Source: Williopsis jadinii (lineage: Eukaryota). Taken from it: 64,000 nucleotides of DNA. Of the stretch, positions 55,313 through 64,000 are shown piece after piece (positions within the stretch are counted from its first letter, which is position 1; every line of letters begins with the position of its first letter). The notes under the pieces are model-generated. The model was given only the letters and a program-made list of their open reading frames with translations, made no database searches and was not told where the DNA came from. A program made the translations under genes and the position numbers. Location: contig AP024666.1 in NCBI GenBank assembly GCA_024346625.1, positions 310,001 to 374,000 on the forward strand. The letters run 5' to 3'.

Positions 55313-57337
55313 TCAAGCTAGTTGCACATCACACATCTTGCCGTGACGACTGGTGTCTGCCTTCATCACCTCTCTAAGGGCCATAGTGGCATACGCTGAA
55401 GTATCCAATTGCAGTTTCAGGATCACTGCTGTTCTGTCACCAGGAGTACTTGGTAGGATTTGGCTTGTGACATCTTCACCTGCTCTCTTCTTCTGAAGGA
55501 TGTCGAAATCTGTCAAGACGAGTTGTTGAGTTGGCTCTGCGTATGTTCTGATATGATACTCCAAGTTATTTGGTTTGGCAACAATCTTACGGTAAGAGCC
55601 AGCGAACGAGAACTCCCTGACCTTACGGTACATCTCATTTGGATCCAAGCCATCCTTCACCATGACACTCTTGTATGTGTTGAGCAACTCCTCGTTGGAA
55701 GGGTATTTAATGTCAAACCCTGGTGATGGAAGGACAACATCAAAGATGGTGAATTTCTTCTGGTCAACTTCCTCCTGGGTAATTGCTCTGGCTCTTTGGA
55801 ATTTATCAGTTCTGACATCTTCTTCAAAATCATCGTCATCATCTTGAGCAGTTTTGTTATCATCCACTGCAGTACTTGTCTCTTCCAACACAAGATCACC
55901 TGCAACAACATCCATACCAAAGAGCTCTATCCGACGAGAAGCCACGCAGTTCCACACATAACTCTGGTAGGCATGACCGTACATGATTCTCAAGTTCCTT
56001 GGGATCTTCATGATGGCGTTGAAGTAATCGTTTTCTGAGTAATCATCCGAGGATTTTGAGCATTGAGAAAGGTGGTTCAACAGACACCACTCTGCAATAC
56101 ACTTCTTTGGCATCTTCTCAACTGCATCTTTGGCACTGCGTGTGGTTTCCCATATAGTTCTAGCGTCCAGTGACTCTGGTAGAACGAGCTCTTGGACTGA
56201 GAGGATCAAATTGGCAGCTCTTGACCAATTACTCAGGAGAATCTCCTTACCGATGACATGTGTAGAAATGGAGAAAGTTCCAAACCTTTGCATTCCATAA
56301 TAGTTGATAAATCCATTCGTCTTTAGAGATTCGACTGCCTTCTCCATCATCTGTTCAATTGGTTCGTTACCGATGGTCTGGACATCCCTTAAAGTGATGA
56401 TAAACTCGTTCCCCTTGAGGTCTCCCAGGGAAAGCGACTTATCCTCATAGGCAAACGAACCGAGCTTCATACCTCTCAGTGCTTTGTTCAAGGAATTGAC
56501 ACGTTCAACTCTGAAGCGTGGGAGACACATTCTCTGTACAGTAACACCACGACGATCCTTGGTGCCTGCAAATCTCACAACTCTTGGTTGAACCTTGAGG
56601 AAGCGGGCCAGAAGGTTGGCAGCCTCCATGGTATCCTTGTTCTCCTTGTACAAGTTGAAGTGGAGAAATGGCTTATAAGGACCGAGTCCCCAGTTCTCAA
56701 CACCATTCTCGTCAACGGTATCCTGAGGCCCTTGGTTCGATCTTCTGTTCGATCTAGATTTCGGGTGGTTCAAGCTGAAGGAGAAGGTATTCTTTGGCGT
56801 GGTCTTGGTCTCCAGTCTTCCTTCAAATGCCTCTCTAACAAGCTGGTGGACTTTACCTCTGGTGGCCTTATCGTCGATGACCTTCTGCGATTCAAACGTA
56901 CCTGGAGTCTTGATCAATTCAACAAACTTTGTCACTTCATCTGGGCCAAACAGCTCAGCAAGCTGCTCTCTCTTTGCCGGGTCAATCTCGAATGGCTTTG
57001 GAGGCTCAACAGCAGCAGCACTTTCACCTTTTGGCTGGTCATCGCCATTCTCCTGTCTCTCCTTCTCACGACGCTGGCGACGACGCTCCTTCTTGTCATT
57101 GATACCATCATCCAGAAAGTGCACCACCTCTCCATCCAGTCCAATCTCATTAACGAGGAAGTCCGTGTATCTCTGCTTCAAAGTACCAACAAACCCTCCG
57201 ATATCCTTGGAGATGTAGGTAGTTATGCCCACGTCTGCCTCTTGAATGCCCTTACTCTCGGTATTGCTGTTGATCTTTTGCTTCTTCAGCTCAATGGCAT
57301 CACTGCTATCCTCCACAGATCTCTTAGAGTCGCTCAT
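55313..57337 (-). CDS. PUS7: Multisubstrate pseudouridine synthase (TruD family)
   Basis: KQRYTDFLVNEI, catalytic AGTKDRRGVTVQ, LGDLKGNEF, GFINYYGMQRFG, AYATMALRE. Confidence 0.96.
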   Translation of the reverse strand: MSDSKRSVEDSSDAIELKKQKINSNTESKGIQEADVGITTYISKDIGGFVGTLKQRYTDFLVNEIGLDGEVVHFLDDGINDKKERRRQRREKERQENGDDQPKGESAAAVEPPKPFEIDPAKREQLAELFGPDEVTKFVELIKTPGTFESQKVIDDKATRGKVHQLVREAFEGRLETKTTPKNTFSFSLNHPKSRSNRRSNQGPQDTVDENGVENWGLGPYKPFLHFNLYKENKDTMEAANLLARFLKVQPRVVRFAGTKDRRGVTVQRMCLPRFRVERVNSLNKALRGMKLGSFAYEDKSLSLGDLKGNEFIITLRDVQTIGNEPIEQMMEKAVESLKTNGFINYYGMQRFGTFSISTHVIGKEILLSNWSRAANLILSVQELVLPESLDARTIWETTRSAKDAVEKMPKKCIAEWCLLNHLSQCSKSSDDYSENDYFNAIMKIPRNLRIMYGHAYQSYVWNCVASRRIELFGMDVVAGDLVLEETSTAVDDNKTAQDDDDDFEEDVRTDKFQRARAITQEEVDQKKFTIFDVVLPSPGFDIKYPSNEELLNTYKSVMVKDGLDPNEMYRKVREFSFAGSYRKIVAKPNNLEYHIRTYAEPTQQLVLTDFDILQKKRAGEDVTSQILPSTPGDRTAVILKLQLDTSAYATMALREVMKADTSRHGKMCDVQLA

Positions 57338-57385
57338 GATAGGTGCCAGCTGTTCACTCCGACGCTTTTAGACTGATATTGCACC

Positions 57386-57430
57386 GCGATGAGATGAGAT
57401 GAGATGAGTTGCTCAGTGGAAATTTTTTCA
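57386..57430. promoter_or_regulatory. Reiterated PAC (GCGATGAG + ATGAG x3) and RRPE in the PUS7/PRP46 divergent promoter
   Basis: GCGATGAGATGAGATGAGATGAG at 57386-57408; AAATTTTTTCA at 57420-57430. Confidence 0.8.
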
Positions 57431-57544
57431 CTCTCGGGGCTCGGCTGCGTACAACGGAAGAAGGTGAAAATTGGATGAGGAACAGAGAGACATCAACAGA
57501 AATAGAACTAGTTAACTGAGACGAGGAAGATAGAGCACTTTAAG

Positions 57545-58929
57545 ATGAAGGACTTGATGTTTACTGAGCTCAGCACTGTATGTTGATATCGTGTGTTTTC
57601 GACAGCTGCGACTGGAGTACTAACGCTCGTAAGGCACAAACAATCGACGTAATAAGGAGAAGAACCCATGCCTTGTTCCCACAGCCAGGACCACTGTTCA
57701 ACGAAGAGTATGTGTGCTATGGAACTTGTGACAGCAGCCATGATGTACTAACACCAAACAGGCCAGCAGAGTATATAAAGTCTAGGCTGCGGAGGAAAAC
57801 TGGGCAGAGTGACACGACGGCCCTGGTACCGTCATCCACTGAGGAACAGGCACAGGTTGAGACACAGGTATCGATATATAAACCTCAACCTCAACGGCCA
57901 TCAAGTGTTGTGCAACAGAGGGATGTGTATGTTCCAGAACAGCCAGCTTGGAAGGCACCCTGGAAACTTATGAGGGTCATTGGTGGCCATCAAGGGTGGG
58001 TAAGAGCCGTCGCTGTGGAGCCTAATAACAAGTGGTTTGCTACTGGGTCCAACGACAACACTATCAAAGTCTGGGACCTGGCGTCCGGTCAGCTGAAGCT
58101 GACCCTAACAGGACACGTTATGAGTGTTAGAGGCATTGCTCTCTCGGAGCGACACCCGTATATGTTCTCGTGCTCCGATGATAAAACCATTAAATGTTGG
58201 GATCTGGAGATGAACAAGGTTGTAAGGGACTACTATGGACACAACTCAGGAGTGTACACTGTTGACGTACACCCTACTCTAGACGTTGTTGTCAGCGGGA
58301 GTCGAGACTCTACGGTGCGGGTATGGGACATGAGAACCAGTCAAGGGATCTTTGTCCTTAGTGGACATAAACAGCCAATAACAAACGTGAGATGTCAAGC
58401 TATGGATCCACAGATAATCAGTACTTCTAATGATAAAACAGTTAGACTCTGGGATCTCTGTGCTGGTAAGACACAAACAGTGCTGACACACCACAAGAAG
58501 TCTATAAGAGCCTTGACGTTACACCCAGAGGAGTGGACGTTTGCTACAGCATCGCCAGATGCCATCAAGGAGTGGAAATTCCCAGAGGGCAGCTTCATGC
58601 ACGACTTTGTTCCACCTCATGAGGCCATTGTGAACACTCTGAGTGTCAACCAAGACAATGTCCTCTTTAGTGGTGGTGATGATGGAACCATGTCATTTTA
58701 CGATTGGAAGTCCGGCCATAAGTTTCAAGAAATGAGAACAACGCCTATGCCCGGATCATTGGATTCTGAGTGTGGTATATTGACGAGTACATTTGATAAA
58801 ACAGGGATGAGGTTGATTACTGGTGAAGCAGATAAAAGCATAAAGATTTGGAAAGAGGATAGCGATGCCACAGAGGAAACGCATCCGGGTATCAAGTTTG
58901 ACCCTCAGAACTACCAAAGAAGATACTGA
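57545..58929 (+). CDS. PRP46: NTC splicing factor Prp46/PLRG1 (introns 57578-57633 and 57708-57761)
   Basis: [23 protein letters not shown]40 repeats, [17 protein letters not shown]. Two GTATGT...TACTAAC introns near the 5' end. Confidence 0.95.
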
Positions 58930-59811
58930 TGTGGATTAGACCCATTGCTCAAATGAACGGGCTCTGGCAGCTAATCTTCCTTCTATCAATTCCATGGTTT
59001 AAACCTCGCGTGCTTGAATCACATGGCTCAGTAGAAGGGAATCTATGTTATCTATCAAACTCCACCATAAGTGTATCTAAACCTGAGCTATGTATGCCAG
59101 ATATGTAAATGATAGTTCGCTATTGGCTGCTCCTGCCCTTGGAAAGCGTCACGAGAACATCACCATCTCAAACCACACCATCTCAAACCGTGCGTGATTC
59201 CCTCTACACCCAAAGAAGAGGTTTCAGTATTGTGAACTGTGAAGTGCATCCATCCACTCTCAAGCTTACACACTTGCTCTTCAGCAATGACACCTCATCT
59301 AGCCAACCATCCCATCCTCTATGAAATGCTTAAGCCCTTTTCCGTTATGTAAGCGAACCACGATACTTTTGCTGTGCATCACTTCATGTGTCGTGAACCG
59401 ATATGTGCATGATGAGCCGCATATGTCATATTGGCACCTTTGGTGGGCTTAATCCGTTCTAAATTAAGGTATAATCAACTGTTGTGGGTGGACTGATATT
59501 GTTACACGCCATTTCACCAAAGAGTTGATGGTGTGTATGGATCTCTGTCACAGGATTGCTTGCATGAGTGCAATTCTGGGGATTATGTGTGTGTCGTGGT
59601 TTGGAAGAGCCTGCTGCGTGTTGTGCGTTGTATTTGTCTACTAAGCGGAATGTTTGAGCATGAAAGAAGAACTTGTCTCAAAAAAAGTATATACTATGTT
59701 GTTGTATACTGAGAGAACTAATGGAACAAAGTGCATTGTTCCTGTAAGCTATAAGAGCCTTGAGAATCAACAAAAAAAGACGAAAATAGGAAGATAAAAG
59801 GGGCTCATCTA

Positions 59812-60441
59812 TCAGATCAAGAGAGCTGCAACCAAGCCCATTGCACTCACACCAAGTTTGAAGCCCAAATTTTCATTCGTGGCCACAGAATAAGTGCTCA
59901 ACGACTTTGTAGTTTGGGTTTCAGCAGAGGTGGTCTCCTTTGATGTGGTTTCCTTTGGAGATTCAGTAGTTGTTCCTCTAGTTGCCGAGGTCAATGTGGT
60001 CTCTTCTGAAGGAGCCTTAGTCGTTGTTCCTTCAGTGGTTGTCTCCTTGGTGGTTGTTTCCTTTGGTGTCTCAACATGGCACCCAGTTTCGTCACAAGAT
60101 GTTATAGTCAGAGTCTCAGTGGTAATTGGACAATAGGTTGTGTATGTTGTAACAGTACCTTCAATCTCAGTGGTACAAGTCGAGTAGTCCCAGATGGTGG
60201 TGACAGTCTCTGGAATTTCATAGTCGCAGGTGTGGGTACAAGTGATTGTAGTCAATGGACAGTACGTTGTGTAGCTGGTAACTGTACCATTCGTCACTGT
60301 GACAGTTGAGATTCCCCAGATTGTAGTGGTTGACTCATCACTTTCACTGGAGATGATCTCCTCTGAACTTGTTGTGTTGGAGTAGAGTGCATTGGTAAAG
60401 GACAAACTGGCCAGGATTGGAATAAACGACTGCGCACGCAT
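59812..60441 (-). CDS. GPI-anchored Ser/Thr-rich cell-wall protein (Ccw12/Sed1-like TTYCP repeats)
   Basis: Signal peptide MRAQSFIPILASLSFTNA, two T(S/T)YTTYCP repeats, a TITSCDETGCH module, hydrophobic C-terminus; TATA about 90 nt upstream. Confidence 0.88.
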   Translation of the reverse strand: MRAQSFIPILASLSFTNALYSNTTSSEEIISSESDESTTTIWGISTVTVTNGTVTSYTTYCPLTTITCTHTCDYEIPETVTTIWDYSTCTTEIEGTVTTYTTYCPITTETLTITSCDETGCHVETPKETTTKETTTEGTTTKAPSEETTLTSATRGTTTESPKETTSKETTSAETQTTKSLSTYSVATNENLGFKLGVSAMGLVAALLI

Positions 60442-61211
60442 TATGATGGATTTAAAAGCGATTGTCTGGATTAACTTTGTGATATACTGTAAATTAAGAT
60501 GTGGAGCTTGGAAGGGGTACTTTGGCACCCCTTATATAGTGGTTTTGTTGCTGAGCCAACTCTGTTCCATTTTTGGTATCATAGTCTAACGGCATTTTCA
60601 TGTATACAAGTCAGACAATTGGCGATTGAGACAGCAAACACAATCTGCATGTACTCAAATAGTTATTTAAAGAACACTCTGCTCAACATATGCAAATATT
60701 ATTGGGCTCAGGTTAAACAAGCATCACAAGTCACACAGTTCAGACCCACCGTATACAACTCGTAGAGATAATTTCCCAAAATAGAATCACATACTGCAGG
60801 TAATAGGTAAAAATATCTAACTTCATCCTTAAATACTGCAGCGTATTTCAGCCTTCCCCCCCCCCCAATTGATTGGGTTCCTTATTCGTTTAAGAAGATG
60901 CAGTCACATCTCTAATTTAAGCGTTTTTCATAGCAAAGCAGTACTTGTGAATGCATGAACATCTTGTGGTTGTATGTACCCATATTACTCAAATCATGCG
61001 ATAACATATGCTTATTGCGTTGCCCACTGGCAATCATTTGAATCTTAAGTGGCCCAGCAGCACGCCAAATTTGTAGATCACTTTATCAGCAACAGTGGTC
61101 CAAGCATAGATCGATTTTGCCCCCAGCCTCAGTGTCGTTTGCCCAATATAAACATCTACAGATAAAGCGATCATTACATGAGTGTATCATATGTATTTAA
61201 CAATATTGTTC

Positions 61212-64000
61212 CTAGTCTGTTTGAGTGACACATTCAGCCATCTCGTCCTCGCTTAATGCCTTGATATAGAGGCACTTGCTTAGAACTTCCTCGTCACACT
61301 TCAGTTCGTACAACATCGACCAATGAATTGATTGGATAAGTGAACAAACGATCTTTGCAGTCATCCTGAACTTACCGAAATTAATCATGTTCCCCTTGGT
61401 ACTGCGTTTTTCTTTGTTGTTGAAATAGAGATCCGACAAGTAAAGACCAATGAAAGGTACACATCCCAATGATGGCTTGATATTATTCAAGATCAACCTC
61501 AAGCTCATGAAATTCTTGCTCGGAGAACACAGTGCCTCTAAGCTCTTGAAAATCAGAATGTCACCAGGTTCAATCATTCTCCATGTATCCTTCAAAGACA
61601 TCACCTTGGCGGAAACTAAGGCAAGAACGATCTGCATCAAAGTGGAAAAGTTTTGTATGGCTTTACAATGTTGTGCAATATGGATAAACCTTTGGATGGT
61701 GAGCTTCTGAATAAAGATGTTCTTTGTCAACAAGATCTCAGAAATGATCCAATTAACAGTCAAGTTGAAACGTGATGAGCACAAATCAACACCTTCTAAG
61801 TCTTCGTTCTGAACTAACAATGCCAACCAACTGTTGGTAGGTTGTAGCTTCTCAGATTCCCAAGTAAGATCAACCAGTTCCTTCCAGTCAATTTGTAACA
61901 GAGTATCCTTCTCTATCAATGTAAGTTGTTCTGCAATAGTCTTTGAATCGTAATTAAGAATGAAACAGGCATGTTGTTCCGCATTTTGAACCTGCAAGAT
62001 ATCACTTGTGATTTTATGACATAACAAGAGATCTAATAGAATCTTAGAGCTCGAGGACGTGTAGTCAACCTGTTTCTTCTTTACTGGGGTAAATGAATAG
62101 AGTCTCGTTCTTCTCTTCTGAGTTATAGAGTCAAGATTTTCCTTTTTCTGTGTCTTTATTGGTGTGGACAAAGGACTCGAATGATTCTTTTTCTTGGTAT
62201 AAGCACCTTCCAACTTCATCAATGTCGTTCTCACGGGATCATCGTGATAAGAGTCATCGGAGATTGCAGCCAGTTCAGCCATTACATTACTGTCAACTCC
62301 ATTCATTGCAAAGACAGCGTCAACATCCCCAGAGTCCACACTAGAATCAACAAAATCTACTGAAACTTGATTGCACTTTTCATATTCTTTGTTTAGAGAA
62401 GTGTATGATTCCTGATGATGGGGATTTGCAGTGGTTTTAACAGTGACATTTAACAAGTTCGCTTTTGAGCTGAAGATTGAGTTTGTAGATTCTTGTGTTC
62501 TAGCAGAGCGTTTCGAAAGGTAAGACAGATGGTCATCGTGAGGAACAGAGGATATGGAACAGTCTGATATCTTTGTGAAGGATGGTATACGGTTCAAGTT
62601 CACATCATTACTTTGAGCGTGTTCAAATTGAAACGATGATGATGACTTGAAATCGGAGTGGTTCTCATGTAATGACTTGATAGGTGATATTTGCGGTGTA
62701 GATGAAATGAGACCAACTTGAGAGGAAGGTGGAGTGCTGGGTTCATCGTCAACAAATTCACTACTGTTCTGTTCTAAACTTCCTGGTGCCTGATCAGACT
62801 CTTCCCCGACATCAATATTTTCATAAGTGGAAACAAATGATTCAACTTCTGATGCCCAATCCTTTTCCTCAACCTTATCGTCGGACTCTTCAAGATTAAA
62901 ATCAAACTCAAGCAATTCCTTTATAATGTTATCAATTTGATCGCTGTGATATTTGCGTAGCGTGGAATTTGATTTAGGCTTCATCACAAGAGCACCATCA
63001 CTTTTCGGTCTCCCGATGGACAGGTTCCTTGAACCTTCTTTCTCAATAGCACATGAAAGTGTATGTTTCGGGTGCTGTTCCACATCCTCGTTCTGATCAT
63101 CCAACTGAGGTGTGCTTTCCGAAAGAACTGTTCCAATGGAAAGTTCTTGCTCTTCAAGTCCAAATCTTTCTTTGGCCCCCTCTTGGTCGTTTTCAAACTC
63201 AAACCTATCGTTTTCGTTACCTTTGATAGAATAACTCTCAAAACTAAACTTGTCTTTGACTTCAGGAATGGCATCAGAATGGATGGATTGGATAGAGTTT
63301 CCAGATATCACATCTCTCTGATGCTTCTGCAAAGTCAAAACTGTTCTGGAAATGTTGGAAATTGTTTTGTATATGTTCAAGTTGTCAATATTTGAGATCT
63401 TCTCCTTTACTGAGCTAGTATCGAAAGTGAAATCGGCATCAATGATATCACCTCTGAAATCACTTTCATCCATCAATCTGTTGTGGTAATTTACTAAATA
63501 GTCAAGTTCATCGATAGTTCTTGCACTCAATATATCAAATTTCCCTTCCACAAGTTTATTAAGATCCTTGTTGTTTGTCTTTGCAACTGACACCACAGAT
63601 GCCATAAACTTCTCTGCTTGTGGTTTAACAACAGAATTAGAAGAGTTGTTGCCCCGAAAGGAGAAAGTCTTAATCCAACTATCTATAAGCGATCTCAGTC
63701 CCGTTGGTTGGGGTTTATTGGGTGGTGGCAATGCAATTTGTAGTTCCATCTTCTTTACTGGAGTCGGTGGAATCACTTTCGATATTGATGCATCTTGAGG
63801 GAACTTTGTATGACCATCGAGTACAGTTTTCTCTTGCTTGAGTGAAACATTCAATGGTACATATAGCTTATCCCTACTTGATGGTGGCGATGATTTTGTA
63901 ACACTTTCTGTATCACCCATTATACTAAGTCGCATAATAGAATTCTTTGGGTTCAATGGAAGCCTTGGTCCACGTCTGTTGCCACTCTTCAGAGGCGGGA
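61212..64000 (-). CDS. LTE1: RasGEF-domain mitotic exit regulator Lte1, 5'-truncated by window edge
   Basis: C-terminal RasGEF domain (IAEQLTLIEKD...IDWKEL, RFNLTVNWIISEILLT, GCVPFIGLYLSDL) after a long acidic/Ser-rich linker. The frame is open to position 64000. Confidence 0.85.
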   Translation of the reverse strand, partial: PPLKSGNRRGPRLPLNPKNSIMRLSIMGDTESVTKSSPPSSRDKLYVPLNVSLKQEKTVLDGHTKFPQDASISKVIPPTPVKKMELQIALPPPNKPQPTGLRSLIDSWIKTFSFRGNNSSNSVVKPQAEKFMASVVSVAKTNNKDLNKLVEGKFDILSARTIDELDYLVNYHNRLMDESDFRGDIIDADFTFDTSSVKEKISNIDNLNIYKTISNISRTVLTLQKHQRDVISGNSIQSIHSDAIPEVKDKFSFESYSIKGNENDRFEFENDQEGAKERFGLEEQELSIGTVLSESTPQLDDQNEDVEQHPKHTLSCAIEKEGSRNLSIGRPKSDGALVMKPKSNSTLRKYHSDQIDNIIKELLEFDFNLEESDDKVEEKDWASEVESFVSTYENIDVGEESDQAPGSLEQNSSEFVDDEPSTPPSSQVGLISSTPQISPIKSLHENHSDFKSSSSFQFEHAQSNDVNLNRIPSFTKISDCSISSVPHDDHLSYLSKRSARTQESTNSIFSSKANLLNVTVKTTANPHHQESYTSLNKEYEKCNQVSVDFVDSSVDSGDVDAVFAMNGVDSNVMAELAAISDDSYHDDPVRTTLMKLEGAYTKKKNHSSPLSTPIKTQKKENLDSITQKRRTRLYSFTPVKKKQVDYTSSSSKILLDLLLCHKITSDILQVQNAEQHACFILNYDSKTIAEQLTLIEKDTLLQIDWKELVDLTWESEKLQPTNSWLALLVQNEDLEGVDLCSSRFNLTVNWIISEILLTKNIFIQKLTIQRFIHIAQHCKAIQNFSTLMQIVLALVSAKVMSLKDTWRMIEPGDILIFKSLEALCSPSKNFMSLRLILNNIKPSLGCVPFIGLYLSDLYFNNKEKRSTKGNMINFGKFRMTAKIVCSLIQSIHWSMLYELKCDEEVLSKCLYIKALSEDEMAECVTQTD

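Overview
Gene-dense 64 kb segment of a budding-yeast (Saccharomycotina) nuclear chromosome. CTG occurs at conserved Leu positions, so it is probably not a CUG-Ser clade yeast; a Cyberlindnera/Wickerhamomyces-like yeast is my unproven guess. I can support about 35 protein-coding genes: NUP145 (partial), SPO7, COG4, MDM10, SWC3, SMC5, a P-loop protein, a SPOUT methyltransferase, PMP3-like, GSF2, RSE1, AIM32, a Zn2Cys6 factor, CBF1, NTA1, GSH2, an F-box/JmjC protein, TGL1, SDH3, HAP4-like, HSK3, MRPL31, SPC24, CMC1, an orphan small ORF, an MCH-type transporter, PEP4, KIP2, TGS1, AIM44, PET20-like, PUS7, PRP46, a GPI cell-wall protein and LTE1 (partial). There is also one tRNA-Ala(AGC). I reconstructed 12 short spliceosomal introns (54-84 nt) by hand; they correct or reveal genes the ORF track misses. 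No transposon or CRISPR was seen. Most notable unexplained signals: (1) a ~1.1 kb hairpin-dense region without a credible gene between SPO7 and COG4, with G-U pairs favouring a + strand RNA (candidate long structured ncRNA); (2) a Hap4 protein retaining a HapX/Yap5-type CGFC iron-sensing motif; (3) an identical 11-mer forkhead site before three spindle/kinetochore genes; (4) bZIP site arrays with 12-bp spacing; (5) frequent AAG splice acceptors. All gene calls are by recognition of motifs from memory, not database search.
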